From assembly GCF_009914755.1 (NCBI RefSeq), contig NC_060926.1: a stretch of 64,000 nucleotides of DNA; one strand, 5' to 3'. Each line of letters begins with the position of its first letter. The first letter of the stretch is position 1. Under the pieces are notes generated by a model. It did no database searches and had not been told where the DNA came from. It saw only the letters and a program-made list of their open reading frames with translations. Below are positions 1 to 13,559 of the stretch, one piece after another. Source of the stretch: the human T2T-CHM13v2.0 reference genome, Homo sapiens. The position numbers and the translations under genes were made by a program.

Positions 1-285
1 CAAAGACAGGTTATTGAAAATCATCCAGTCGGAGATGCAAAAAAGCAGAAAGAATGAAAAAGAATGAAGTTTAAAGGAGTTATGGGACATTGTCAATCAG
101 ACCAATGTATGCATTGTGAAATTTATAGAACAAAGAGAAAAAGCGGAAGAACGTTTATTCAAAGAAATAAAGACTAAAAACTTCCCAAACCTAGGAAAAG
201 AAATAGACATCTAGATCTAGGAAGTCCAAAGGACATCAAATAAGATGAACCTGTAGAGACCTATACTGAGACCCATGATAGCAGC
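1..285 (+). mobile_element. Old L1 (L1M) ORF1 fragment
   Basis: Degenerate ORF1 motifs (EIIQSE-like; aaaaacttcccaaaccta = KNFPNL) in an A-rich sense strand with stops. Confidence 0.75.
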
Positions 286-829
286 TGTCGTAGATCATGA
301 AGTGGCCTTGAGGTGTGATATATTCACAATAGCCATGGAGTCACAATATCACCCTGCACTATCTACTTCCAGACTTCTTTTACTTGAGAGACAAATATTT
401 AAATATTATTTAAAACTGATCCTAACTGATAGATGGTGAAAAGGAAAGTATGCTTAAGTTCCTTGACTTTCCATTTTCTTTTGAGTTAATTTTTATACCA
501 TGAATTTATAATTGATGTTACTGTGCTTTAAATCTATACTTTCAACTACTAATTCTCACATAAGTAAAAAATACAAATGCTTTTGAAATTATCAATTTGA
601 TTCTTTCTATTCTCAGTAAGAATATTTATTTTGGTTCCTGTACAGTTTTTTATAGACATAATAGTGATAAGTCTAATAAGAATAATAATAGCTAAAATTT
701 ATGTAGCACCCATATTGTATAAGGCAGACTAGGAGATGATAGCTAATAGCTAATGATAACATCTTAGCCCTAACCTTTCTAAATGGTACATTATATCAGC
801 CATTATTTAGCAAGATTGTTTTAGGTAGA

Positions 830-1050
830 CTTAAGTAGACCTCAGTTTAATTTCTGTGCTATTTATAAGCTGCATGACCTTGAACAAGTTACTTAATTTC
901 TTTAAGCGTTAATTTTAAAATGAGGTTAATTACACTTATTTCTCAAGATTATTGTAACAGTTAAATAGGGCCACACTTCTAAAGCATTTAAAACAACACC
1001 TGACACACATTATGTGCTCTCAACAAATAATGGTTATTGTGATTATTGCC
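830..1050 (+). mobile_element. MIR SINE
   Basis: MIR core tgaccttgaacaagttacttaat...aaaatgaggttaat. Confidence 0.7.
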
Positions 1051-1663
1051 ATAACCTGCCAATTCTGCCAATCATTTTACACACAATTCTTCTTCACTGA
1101 TCATGCTCCCTCTTTCAATTTCTACCTGAACTATTTAGTTGCTCCAACCAGGGTGTAATCTTGAATATCTCATGGAATGTAATAATTTCTTATATTTTTA
1201 TTAATTTAATATTAGTGTTTAGGTATTTTATTTTCATTTAAACTTTCATTTATATATCTATTGTGTCCCATCTGTATTTTAAACTCCTTGTACACCACCT
1301 TTGAATATTATACTTCTTTATAGTTCTCTTAATAATTGAACAAAGAATGCTATCCACAGAATAAACCCCTAAAATATGCTCAGACAAAAATATCTGGACT
1401 ACTTAAATCTACTAGTATGCTTCCTTATGGCACAATTTCTTCCCTCAGGTCCTGAACGTTAGCTCTTTCATTGTTTTGAAGTTTCTCTTTACCCAATGAC
1501 TGAAGTTAAATTTTTTATGTTTATCCTCCAGGTTTTCTTTGATAGTATGTTTTCCACAGATTCGTTCATAGTAATCTGTCTACAAACATTTCTGACTTCC
1601 TGTGTTTCATTTTCTACCTCATAATTCTGCTTATTCAGGTTATATCTTAGAGGTCTTCCTCTA

Positions 1664-2020
1664 CAATGCTACAGAAAGTTGCTCCATGAACCAGTGTTCA
1701 CCCTCAAAGTCTGCTTCTTGCTGCTCCAAGATGAGATGAATACAGAAATGGAGATTAAGCATTTAAAAACTTTATAACAATTTGACATTGCCTTGAAATT
1801 CAAATGTGTGATTTTCAGACTTGTCTCATTTAACTAGGATAGATTACTTTGGGTATTAGATAGGTAGTACATTGGCAAAAGCTATGAGCAAGTCATGGGC
1901 ACTTCACCAACATATAGGTCCAGGATACATTGGGGAAAAGTATGCGCATGTGCACACACACACACACACACACCGAGAGAGAGAAAAAGTTTCTTCATCA
2001 CAGATAGTTTGAGATGCATC
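1664..2020 (+). mobile_element. MER119-like hAT-Charlie element containing a (CA)n(GA)n tract
   Basis: acagaaatggagattaagcatttaaaaactttataacaatttgacattgcc and terminal cacagatagtttgagatgca resemble recalled MER119. Confidence 0.6.
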
Positions 2021-2867
2021 ACATTAATGGGCCCCCAAATGTGCAGGTTCTCAGAAGCTGTAAGGTTCAGAACTTGCTGGAATTAAACATGTAGGTGTCT
2101 ACTGCTTTAGAAAAATACATTTTTTGTTTGGGAAAAGACTCTTACAGCATAGCCTAAGTATTCTTCACTACCTCTTCTTCCAAATGAACTGCATCGAACT
2201 GGAAGTTACCAATTATTTTTATGTTTCAAAGTCTGGATTTTCATGGGCTTTTGGTTCATTAGCTTTGACTTTCCTTAACATCATGGCATAGAGTAATGGA
2301 AATTTTTCTGTTACCAACTCTAAGTCAGATAGAAGGAAAACACAATTGCCACTGTACGTTTAATCATTTGGAGTGTGTATGGTGTCCATCCTCATTCTTA
2401 GATTTAATGTTTTTTTCTTTCCCTTCTAAACACTAAATTTAGAATAGGCAGTAACCAATTATGGCTCCAAGTCGTTGACTACTCATTCATTCCCCTTACA
2501 CTTCCATTAATATGGCAACTGGCATTTAATTTCACTAACACTGAGCTTTATTATGAAATGGATTCCTCAAATTATTTAATGTAAACATGTTTTTAGATCC
2601 CTTTCATCTCCTGATGTAACTAAATTAATTCTTATTTGATCCAAATGAGGTAGCTGTTTATGAAAGGTAGTAAGCCTGAATATACTGAGAACTACCATGT
2701 GCCTAACATGGTGCTAGCCATGAGTTAGGATATTTAAAATGTTGCCTCTTTGATCACTTACTTTTAGATTTATGTTCTGGTTTAAGGGCTTGATAGTAAA
2801 TATGTACTGAATATCGAGTTACAAGGCACCATGGTAAGTGGTGTAGAAAATAGAGCAAAAGCTGGAT

Positions 2868-3070
2868 GGTTGGCACTCCATATCTGCTTGTTCTGTATCT
2901 GCAAATTCAAATAACCTTGGATTTAGAAATATTGGGAAAATGAAAAATAACAATACAACAAAATAAATAAAGTCATTTACACAGCACTTATGTTGTATTA
3001 GGTCTTATAAGTAGCCTACAGATAATTTAGAGTATGTGGGAAGAGGTGCATAGGTTATGTGCAAATACTC
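2868..3070 (-). mobile_element. MER2 (Tigger-family) fragment
   Basis: ttgtattaggtcttataagtagcctacagataatttagagtatgtgggaagaggtgcataggttatgtgcaaatac matches the MER2 reverse complement. Confidence 0.75.
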
Positions 3071-3269
3071 AGAAAAATACAGTCTTGACCCAAGTGGGAC
3101 AGAGAATAAGATAAAATAATATCCATAATGGCCAGATCCATATCTGTACCCTAATGTTTTTAGATAAATGACTCTTTGCTTTTAATTTTGGCACGTTAAA
3201 AGTTACTTTTAACTGATATAGTAATTTATTTTTAATTCATACTGATTTTTGGGTTAAAATCAACCTGGA

Positions 3270-3830
3270 TTGAGTGCATACTATCTGCCAGGCAATTCTA
3301 AATGCCTTTACTTGCATTCATCTATTTAATCCTCAGAACTACTCTAAGAAGTAGAGACTCTCATTATCTTCATTTTATACTATCTTTCGGTTTTTTGTTT
3401 GTTTGTTTAATTGTTTTTCTTTTTTTCTGAGACAGAGTCTCTCTCCTGTCACCCAGTCTGGAGTGCAGTGACGCAACCTCAACTCCCTGCAACCTCCGCA
3501 TCCCGGGTTCAAGGGATTCTCCTGCCTCAGCCTGCCAAGTAACTGAGATTACAGGCATGCGCCACCACGCATGGCTAATTTTGTATTTTTAGTAGAGATG
3601 GGGTTTCTCCATGTTGGTCAGGCTGGTCTTGAGCTCCCGACCTCAGGTGATCCACCCGCCTCAGCCTCCCAAAGTGCTGAGATTACAGGCGTGAGCCACC
3701 GCGCCTGGCCCTATCTTTAGTTTTATAATTAATATAAATATAAAATATTTTATATTTTATAAAATGGGAAAACGAGGCACGGATAGTTTGAGTAATTTAA
3801 CCAACATCTCATAATTAGTAATAAAATTGA
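3270..3830 (-). mobile_element. MIR split by an Alu insertion
   Basis: MIR sequence at 3270-3380 resumes after the Alu at 3760 (aaaatgggaaaacgaggcac). Confidence 0.65.
3388..3710 (-). mobile_element. AluSp/Sq
   Basis: Full dimer; diagnostic gggtttctccatgttggtcagg; ctatcttt repeated at 3380 and 3711. Confidence 0.95.
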
Positions 3831-4639
3831 TGAATATAGACATTTAAGGAATTGTTCTGCATGGATATGCTTTATCAGTACTCTAGAAATTGAAGCAAAC
3901 TGTAGTTTCCCAATTCAACAACAACAGAGACACAATTGTACTTGGAAATCTTCACTAGCCTTAGAACAATCAGTGAAGGTCTGCATAATTTCCTGATTAA
4001 GGAAATTAAGAACTTAATTAATTAAATTAAATAATTAATTAAATTGAGTGATTAATTTTTAAGAATTGCTTAAGTGCCTATTATGCGTTGGCAGCATTAT
4101 ACAGGTAAATGAGACAAACAAGGTCCTTATCCTTACGTTCTGTGGGATCCAGAGGAAGGTCTGGAAAATATTCACCTATACTAATGTTTCCCTAAATGGA
4201 AGCCATCTCCATTTTTAATCTACTATAAAATGGTAAGATCAAATAATTTTACTGTCACTTCCTGAGTGATGGAGGGTTTTTCTTCCTTTTAAATGTGATC
4301 TTTTGTTATGTGTTATTTCGTAACCTCTCTAACCTTCTTTCTCTATGTTGTATAACTGGTCAGTCATAAAACTCAGCCATTTGGTGAGAAATCAATTAAA
4401 GTATAATGTATAAATTCCAGGGGACATTGGGAAGACAGAACAAATTTTAGATCCTGAGTTTAGTCACACATCTGCATAGTTTTGCATGTCAGCCTGTCTT
4501 CATCTCTTTCAAGCTGTTTCCCATTCAGGCTAATTCCTCTTGAAGAAGGTAGAATTTTTTCATGTTAGGAGCCAAGGGAAACCTCAGCAGAAATTTGAAC
4601 CTGAAGCTTGTGAGACCAAGAGTGTCATTCTGTAAGGCG

Positions 4640-5545
4640 TCAGAAACCTGGGTTTTGCAAGTATTGAATTAGGCTGCCAGGGAATCATTTAATTTAATCA
4701 AATCTCAGTTTCTTTATTTACAAGATGAGGAGAAAAAAATAATAATACAACTTCATGAAGACTAAATGAGGTAAACAATGGAATATTCGGACAAATAAAA
4801 GCAGAACACCAATATAACAATATAATATGACAAAAATAATGAGGATTGTACAATCAAGCAGATGACAGCTCACTGGTTTAGCATAGAGGCTCGTGAATCA
4901 GACTGCTTGGGTTCATATCCTGGCTAAACCACTTGCCAGTGGTATAATCTTGGGCTAGATACATGATCTCTCTAACTCTCTGTTTTTTTTTTTATTTCTG
5001 AAATTGTAATAATAATTATTGCACCTGCTTTGAAGTGTTTTCATGATTTTTAAATGAGAAGATACATGTCTTCAGCATAGTGTCCTAAAATAAGCCTGTA
5101 TTTTATTATGTAGTTAGTATGTACTAGATAGTGTTCTGGATGCTTTATATCTATTGTCTTGTTTTGTCTTTAGTATAGTCTATTAAGATCGTTATTGTTA
5201 TTACCTGAATATTATAGATGAGGAAACCAAAACAAAGTAAGTTGCCCAGAATTGTAAAGCTAATCGTGAAACAAAGATGTAAACCCCTACATTGTATGTT
5301 CATAACTCATGCTCTTAATCTTATACTTTATTGCCTACAATGTGGCAAAGACAGAAAATAAGGACAGAAAGTTATTACCTCAAATTCCAATTTACTGCCT
5401 GTGTGACCTGAAGCAATTTTAAGTACTCTGAGTTTCAGTTTCCTTACACAGGGGTGCACAAGTTTGTTGTGGGCATTAAATGTATTAACACTTGGAGAAG
5501 TATAGCATATGGCTTGCATATGCATATAAGTAACTTAATTATATC
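4640..5545. mobile_element. Cluster of about four MIR fragments in both orientations
   Basis: Repeated MIR cores (ctcagtttcttt, gggttcatatcctggct, agatgaggaaacc, gtgtgacctgaagcaa). Confidence 0.6.
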
Positions 5546-6584
5546 ACAATTATGAATGTCTTAATTATTAATTAGTTTTTGCTGAAGGTGATTACCCTTA
5601 ACCAGAACAACTAGGAAAATAGATGTCATTGAAGCAGAATTGGTTCTCTCAGTCCTCACAGTGTTCTGGTCTCAGTCATCTACACTGATTCCGCAGCTTC
5701 TTGTTACAACCAAATTTTTGTCTAGATAAGATATGTTTCCCAAATGTAGCCACTGTTGCTCAGTGATGCTCTATTTCTAATCTGAGGCTTCCATGTCTGT
5801 GTTATTCCTGCGGAGTGCTGTTGATTGCTGAGGTCATGGACACGGGAAATGTTTTTAAGCACTACTGGGGAAAAACATTAAAACAAATAAAGAATCTCTA
5901 AAGTTCTTATTAAGTACAGAGGTGAAGTCAGTTCTAATTGTTCTATATGAGGGCACTTCCTACTCAACCTATTCCTCCATTTCCACTCCTAGCGAAGGTA
6001 TTACAGCCATTACTCCTTGCTCTTCTAAAACCAACATAGCATGGTTTCTAAATCCCTTCCAATGTTGAAGAGATTGGGAGAAATAAGCCCTCTCCCCCAC
6101 AGCTGGTATGATGCTATTAAACTGTCTGACAACAACAATAATATGTGTCTGTATAATAGAAAATAACATTTACTAAAGATACAGTAGTGTGAGTGTGAAA
6201 CACAAAGTGAAAGTGTCATAGCCTTTCAATATTGTTTTCAGGGTTTTATATAGTTTTCTGAAGACAGACAAACGTAAGATGTATAATACATACTATACAA
6301 CATTTGGAAAGTACAATACATGAAAAAAAAAAATCACCAATATTTCACCTTCTTCTCCAAGCCCCCAGGAGCAAACACTGGAGTTACCAGAATAATATGC
6401 CCAGGAATTTAAAGATATTTTTCTTCATTTTAAAATTTAGAATCTCCCCATGCACCCCCCACACCCATCCCCCAACCTTACATGTGAAGGGGAAGGCTAT
6501 TGCGCAACACATACCACTCATTTTCTTACAATTCACATATCAACGCGTAGAACGTGCTACCTTCCTCTGCTCATTCTGGATTTT

Positions 6585-7112
6585 TGTGGTTTAGAGGCTG
6601 CTTAACCTCAAAGTCACTCCCAATGTCCCCCGTTATTAATGCCTTTGTGTTTTTCCCTCTTTCACTGTGTGGGCTGGAACTAGTGACTCACTTCTGATGA
6701 ATACAACCAGCAAAAGTGAAGGAATGCGACTTCTGAGGAGGTGACAAAATAACTGACTTCAGCCTGGCTCCTCTCTTTTCTCTGCTATTCATCACGTTGT
6801 GAGCTGTCCATGGGGAGGCCCATATGGCCAGCAACCAAGCTCTCTGGGCCTGGCTAAAAGTCTGCCGGGGTTCAAGTTTTACTGACATTCATATAAGTGA
6901 GCTTGAAAGTGAAACTTCCTCCAGACAACCCTTGACATGATGTAGTTTCTGGTCAAAAATGATTGCAATTTTTGTGAGAGATCTTGAGCCAGAAGATGTA
7001 GCTATGCTGCACATGCGTTCCTGATGCACTAACACTGTGAGATAAATGGTTGTTCTTTTAAGTTGCTATAGTTTGTGGTAATTTCTTATGCAGCAATAGG
7101 CTATTCTTACAT
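6585..7112 (+). mobile_element. MLT1F-like MaLR solo LTR
   Basis: gggctggaactagtgactcacttct; 3' end ctgtgagataaatggttgttcttttaagttgcta...tatgcagcaatag. Confidence 0.75.
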
Positions 7113-8943
7113 TCAGTAAATCATTCCCAATTCTATGTCTCTTCAACCCTGATACCAATTATAGTCCATAATGCTGGCTGGCATCACAGAGTTTAATTTT
7201 TATCTATCTTTTTAATTGACAATTAAAAATTGCATTAAAGTTTTTTTTCTTTTTATACTCAATTTTCCTGTATTGCTAACTGGAGTAGGGGTTTGCTTGG
7301 GAGAGAATAAGAATCTTTAGAAGGTGAAGTGAAGTAATCATATATCCATAATTTGATGGTTTGCGCCCAAAGTGAATTTATGATCATATTGGCTGGCACC
7401 ATCCTTGGATTTTCTTTTGACATTCTATTGATCTTTAGTTTAGTTACCATTTGTTTTAGAACAAGGCAGTTTTACTTCATCTCTCTGCTCTCTTTTTTAT
7501 TTAGTTGTTCTGCATTGCAGATTTCTTTTAGTTTTTGTTACCCAGCATGTTTTTCTCTCCTTTCTGCTTTATAGAAACCACCAGTCTATAAACCAAAACA
7601 GCCCATAAATCAAACAGCACACCCAAACATGTCATCATTAGTCAATCAATAAGTAAATACTCAATGATGATACCATGCAAAACATATGTTTAAACTTCCA
7701 GTTGGATAAACTCTTACTTGCTCTAGGAAGCCGGGACTCAGTCAAATGAAATATTACACACTCAGTGTTTACTTACCATTCAAGGTGAGGATAGTTCCTC
7801 AAAACATGGTTTTATACAGCATATTTTTCAATGTAGTCTTTCCCAAAGTAAGTTAAATAGTTGCAATTTAGGAATTTGTTACATATTTTATGATCACTTA
7901 AAACTACTCTTGAGTTAGGATTTGATCCTTTCTTTGGGTGTTTAGAGCAAAATTATAGGAGGATATTGGCATCCTTTTATCCATTTTGAAGTCAGGCAAT
8001 CATAGTTACCCTGTCTGCATTCTAAAATATCATAAGAGATTTAGAGAGGCTTTTACTGAGAAAATGGGAGCATTTATCAAACAAGGATGAATTTGCTTTA
8101 GGTTATGTTTAATACAACTGAATTTCTTAGCTCCTGGTTATGTTAATATAATTTAAAGATGACCATAAAATTTTGTTCCCTGGAGCTAACCCTTTGAAAG
8201 CTAGTTGCTTTTTAAATTAATATGAATAATACATGAAATGTAGATGGAGATTTTTTCAGTCTCATTCTATTGCATCATTATAAGACATGGCAAATAAATA
8301 CCAAAAAAAGAAGTTCAAAAATAAAACTGGATAGCATGTATTATGCATTCATATTATTGCTGCACATCAATTTTTTTGACTAACTTTGGCAGTAGAGGAC
8401 TACTGAAAATCATTGAAAATATTGATTGTAAAATGTACGCCGTGCTTTGAAAAATGGAGAAAATCCATAACTATTCAGCCTGATTTGGCAGTAGGATGTT
8501 CATCCATTATGTAGAAAGTTCTCACATATTATTTGCCATGTTTAACAATTAAAATAGTATCAAAAAATGTTTTAAGACAAAGTATTTTGAGCTCAATTAA
8601 ATCTTTCTCTGATACGTTAGAAAACATTTTGGATACTTCATTTATCTTTATTCTACCAATATTTATTGTAATACATGAAATTTAGGTAAAATTAATTCCA
8701 GGTTTTTAAATGTTTTTGTACAATAAACTACTGTAGTTTAGTGTACATTAATAATATATAGCATAAACTCATGTCATTTTTAAAATTGTATCTTCAAAAA
8801 AGTGTGTAATCTTCAGAACAACATGTTGATATAAGTAGACAGCCTGAGGATTCTCAGAAATGCTTGGCAAAAAGATTAGGCTTCCTCTAGACAAGCTGGA
8901 TAATGACCCCAGCTGTATTTATGGTTGTAAAAAAGCAATCTTT

Positions 8944-9255
8944 GCCAGGCTCGGTGGCTCACACTTGTAATCCCAGTACTTTGGGAGGCCAAGGCAGGGG
9001 GACTGCTTGAGCCCAGGAGACCAGCCTGGGTAACATAGTGAGACCTTGTCTGTACAAAAAAAGCAAAAAAAATGAACAGGGCATGGTGGCACATGACTGT
9101 GGTCTCAGCTACTTGAGAGGCTGATGTTGGAGGATCACTTGAGCCCAGGAGGCCAAGGCTGCAGTGAGCTGTGTTTACGACACTGCACTCTAGCATGGGC
9201 GACAGAGAAAGACCCTGCTAAAAAAAAAAAAAAAAAGAAAAAAAAAAGAAAAAAA
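8944..9255 (+). mobile_element. AluJ
   Basis: Dimer with J-type gcttgagcccaggag and catagtgagacc; poly(A) tail. Confidence 0.93.
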
Positions 9256-9719
9256 CCAATACTAGAGACACTTGGGTTTCCTAGGTTACATTATAGGCAT
9301 AAATGAATAGGAGAGTTAGGCATTATCTGATCCAAGGGAACTCTCCTGGCACCCATGAATCATAGAAGGCACGTATCTATCCACCTATGCATACATTGGC
9401 CATACTGGATCTGTAAGTAGAGTTGAACTACATAAATACGTCTGTAAATGTATACATGCATACACAAATACATACACACCCTTTGATTAATGAGCCAAGA
9501 AAAACTCTAGGAGACTTTTTTTTTAATTAAAACTAGTTTTTAAATGTTGAAAACTGTAAATCATTCCCAATTGTTTTTCTAGAATTGTGTAATACTTCTA
9601 AATAACATTTGGTTAATATGGGTGCAGAGGGTTTCACTGGACAATTCTATTAACTATTTAATTCCCAAATAACCCCAATGCTACTTATCTTGCTCTAGGG
9701 AATAGAAAAAGAATTTTAA

Positions 9720-10695
9720 AAACTTTTAATAACAGCAACAATAGTGAAGTCAGAATTTCTACTTAATGGAGAAGTAATAGAGGAATTCCCACGGAGTTGG
9801 AACAGGACAAGAACATTCAGCATTTTCACTATTAAATTTTTATATCAGAGCAGAACTTCCAGCTTTGGCACTGTTGGTATTTTGGGCTGGATAATTCTTT
9901 GTTATGGGGCTTGGCTGTCCTGTAGGATGCTAGTAGCATATTCATGGCTACACCCTAGAAGATGCCAGTAGCACCCATGGCTCCCACAGTGGTGAAAACC
10001 CAAATGTCTCCAGATATTCCCAAATATTGTCTGGAGACAAAATCATTCCCAGTTGAGAACCACTGTAGTGATGGCATTAATCAATGAAATCTAAAGGATA
10101 AAAATGTTAATAACATAAAAACCAAAAAATAATAAGATAAATTATCTTTATTTGCACATGATATATTGGAAATTCTAAGATAATTTATGATACAAAATTT
10201 TAAAACAAGTGAAGTTACAGGATGTTAAAATTAAAATACAAACTCTATAGTCATACACAAATGACATCTATTTAGAAGATATAGCAGAAAAAATTACAAT
10301 AGCAACAAAGAAAATAAAATGCTTAACATAAATATGTGAAATCTATATGAAAACAATTTTAAACACTTTCCAAAAGCATGCAAGTGAATTTGAACTAATG
10401 TAAAGATATGTCTTTTTCTTGAACAAGTTCCACTTCATATCACAAAGATGTCAATTCCTCCAGGTTAGTATATAAATATAAGATGATATTAAGAAACTGC
10501 CAATAACTTTTTAATGCAATTGGATGAGTTGATTCTAAAGTTTAGATTGGAATACAAATATCTAGAAGAGCTAGAAAAATCCTTAAACACAGGAGAAATG
10601 GTGGAGTGGGGAACAAATAACTCTATGAGAGATTAAAATATTTTGTACAGTAATTTCAAGTGAAATACTGTGTTATTGGCACAAAATCCAATGGA
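9720..10695 (+). mobile_element. Old L1M ORF2 remnant interrupted by MER20
   Basis: Degenerate ORF2 landmarks (ggaacaggacaagaa, tatttgcacatgatat, aagatgtcaattcctcc, gttgattctaaagtt). Confidence 0.7.
9851..10065 (-). mobile_element. MER20 (hAT-Charlie)
   Basis: tttgggctggataattctttgtt...aatgtctccaga...terminal gttgagaaccactg. Confidence 0.88.
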
Positions 10696-10698
10696 ATA

Positions 10699-12008
10699 TA
10701 GATGTACCTCATTTTATTGTGCTTTGCTTTATTTTGCTTCACATATATTGCACTTTTTGACAAAAGTTGAAGGTTTGTGGCAACCTTGCATGGAGCAAGC
10801 CTATTGTCATTTTTCTAACAGCACATGCTCACTTCATGTCTCTGTATCACATTTTGGTAACCCTTACAGTATTTCAATCATTTCGTGATTTTTGTATCTG
10901 CTGTGGTGTTCTGTGATCAGTAATCTTTGATGTTACTATTGTAATTGTTTTGGGGTGCCATAAACAATACATATGTAAGATGGTGAACTTCGAGAAATGT
11001 TGTGTGTGTTCTGACTGCTTCACCAACCGGTCACCATCTCTCTCCTTATCCTGTGGTCTCCCTATTACAGACACAACAATATTAAAATTAAGCCAATTAA
11101 TAACCCTACAATGGCCTCTAAATGTTGAAGCAAAGGAAGAGTTGCATATCTGTCACTTTAAATCAAAAGCTAGAAGTAATTAAACTTAGTGAGGAAGACA
11201 TGTCAGGAGCCGAGAGAAGTTGAAAGCTTGGCTTTTTGCACCAATAAGTTAGCCAAGTCATACTTGCAAAGGAAAAGTTCTTGAAGGAAATTAAAATCCT
11301 ACTCCAGTGAACACATGAATAATAAGAAAGCACAACAGCCTTATTGCTGGAATGGAGAAAGTTTTAGTGGTTTGGATAGATCAAACTGACCACAACATTC
11401 TCTTAAACCAAAACCTAATCCAGAGTAAGATCCTAACTCTCTCCAATTCTATGAAGGCTGATTGGGGTGAGGAAGCTGCAGAAAAAAAGTTTGAAGATAG
11501 CAGAGGTTGATTCACTAGGTTTGAAGGAGAGAGGCTGTCTCTATAACGTAAAAAGACAAGGTGAAGTAGCAGTTGCTGGTGTAGAAGCTGCAGCAAGTTA
11601 TCCAGAAGATATAGATAAGATAATTGATGAAGGTGGATACCCTAAACTAAAGATTTTCAGTGTAGAAAAAACACTTTTCTATTGGAAAAAGTTGCCATCT
11701 AGGACTTCGTAGCTGTAGAGAAAAAGTAAACGCCTGAGCTCAAAGCTTCAACGGACAGGCTGGTGACTTTAAGTTGAAGCCGGTGCTAATTTACCGTTTT
11801 GAAAATTCTAGGACCTTTAAGAATTATGATAAATTTACTCTACCTGTGCTCCATAAATTAAATGACAAAGGCTGGATAATGGCATATCTGTTTACACCAT
11901 GCTTTAGAGTATTTTAAGTCTATTGTGGAGTTTCATTGCTCAGAAAAAAAAAAATGTCCTCTCAAATTATACTATTCATTAACAATGCCCCAGGTCACCC
12001 AAGAGTCT
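10699..12008 (+). mobile_element. Tigger1 DNA transposon, 5' half, with decayed pogo-like transposase starting at ATG 11111
   Basis: Left end tacctcattttattgtgctttgc; atggcctctaaatgttgaag...aaatcaaaagctagaa; ORF fragment [27 protein letters not shown]...[10 protein letters not shown]. Confidence 0.95.
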
Positions 12009-12009
12009 G

Positions 12010-12238
12010 ACCTGACCTATCAGTACTCCTGGCTCACTGGCTTCCCCTAACCCACCAAGTTGCCCTTAACAACTCTGATCCCCAAATGCTTGGGGAGACT
12101 GATTTGAATAGTAATAAAACTCCGGTCTCCTGCACAGATGGCTTGACATGAATTACTATTTCTCTATTGCAATTCCCCTGTCTTGATAAATTGGCTCTGT
12201 CTAGGCAGTGAGCAAAGTGAGCCTATTGGGCAGTTACA
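12010..12238 (+). mobile_element. LTR8 (ERV1) 3' portion
   Basis: ctctgatccccaaatgcttggggagactgatttg...aataaaactccggtctcc...ttgggcagttaca terminus. Confidence 0.85.
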
Positions 12239-12847
12239 CTCAGAAGAAAGAATTTAACTGAAGGGCATAAGGCAGAGGAAGAAACCAACTTAAGTTTTAG
12301 AGCAAGAGTGAAAGTTTATTAAAAAGTTCTAGAGCAGGAAAGAAAGGAAGTTAAAGTACTTGGAAGAGGGCCAAGCAGGTGATTTGAGAGATTCAAGTGC
12401 ATGGTTTGACCTTTGCCTTGGAGTTTTATATGTTGGCATGCTTCTGAGGTCTTGCATCTCTTATTCCCTGATTCTTTCCTTGGGGTGGGCTATCCACATG
12501 TGCAGTGTGTTTACTGAAGTTGTATGCATGCTGACTTGAGGTATTTTTTCCTTACCAGCCAAGTGTTTCTAGAGGAAGGTCATATACCAGTAAAACTATA
12601 CCATTTTGCCTCTTAGTGTGCATGCTTGAGCCCACTTGCCCAACTCCTGCAACTTTATTGGGAAGCTACTAATACTAGCTTCAAGGTGGGAGACTGCCAT
12701 TCCCTGGAGCCAGCTGCAAACAATTATTATTTTAGAATGACAGTTTGACAGCTATCTGACCATCACCTGATGGTTGCCTGACATTCCTGGAGGACAGAGG
12801 GGGATTCTCCTGCCCTGCTCATGTATGCCTAACTACCTACTCTAACA
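12239..12847 (-). mobile_element. MER50 (ERV1) LTR lacking its 3' end
   Basis: Reverse complement begins tgttagagtaggtagttaggcatacatgagcagggcaggag. Confidence 0.85.
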
Positions 12848-12849
12848 GA

Positions 12850-13095
12850 ATTATGTATATGTGCCCTTTGCATTTTGTTTCTTACATTTAGTATGATGCC
12901 TCTGAGAGTTTTTGTATTTTGTGTATTAGTTATTCATTCATTTTTAGGAGAGTTTCACTGTATTAATATGCAAATTTATCTACCATCTTTTGGGAGGCAC
13001 TGGAGATGTTTCCACTTTGGACTTCTATGAATAAAGCTGCAATGAACATTCTTATAAAAATCTTTTTGTGGATGTATGTTTTCATTTTTGATTAT
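12850..13095 (-). mobile_element. Old L1M 3' region fragment
   Basis: tgtttccacttttggacttctatgaataaagctgcaatgaacatt. Confidence 0.65.
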
Positions 13096-13559
13096 GAGAA
13101 ACATTTTTCCAGCTTCTTCACATCTGTAGTGATTTTTCTGTTTATATCATGTATTTGGGTACAATGTTACAATTCTCATTATTATTATATTTTTAAAAAG
13201 ATTATTGAGTTCTGTTCTGGCATGAAATCAATTTAATTAGATAAGCTTTACCCAGTAGAACTTTTGTTTCAGGCCTTGAGTCCTCTGGCCAGAATAATTC
13301 TGCTTTCTCTTTGGGCTTCACATCCATGTGCTGGGAATTAGAAAGTGTCCTCAGGCAGAAAACTTACTTCAGGATTTTCCCTGGTCTTACGGAATTACAA
13401 CTGGATGCTGCTTGATGTTCAAAGCATAAAAGCAGTTACCTCATTCACTTTGTCCAGTTTTATAGCTGTTTAAGGAGGCAGGTAAGTTCAATACTGACTA
13501 CTTCATTGTGGCAGGAAATGGAACTCAATTCGGGACTTAAAAATACATTAAAAAAAAGT

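Noticed and set aside
2077-2092. 16-mer ctggaattaaacatgt also present near 38952
   Set aside because: One 16-bp match is expected by chance in 64 kb of AT-rich DNA.
3736-3757. 22-bp perfect AT palindrome aaatataaaatattttatattt
   Set aside because: Low-complexity A/T sequence next to an Alu; such palindromes are common.
11111-12008. Domesticated TIGD1-like transposase gene
   Set aside because: Stops, frameshifts and truncation make it an ordinary Tigger1 relic.
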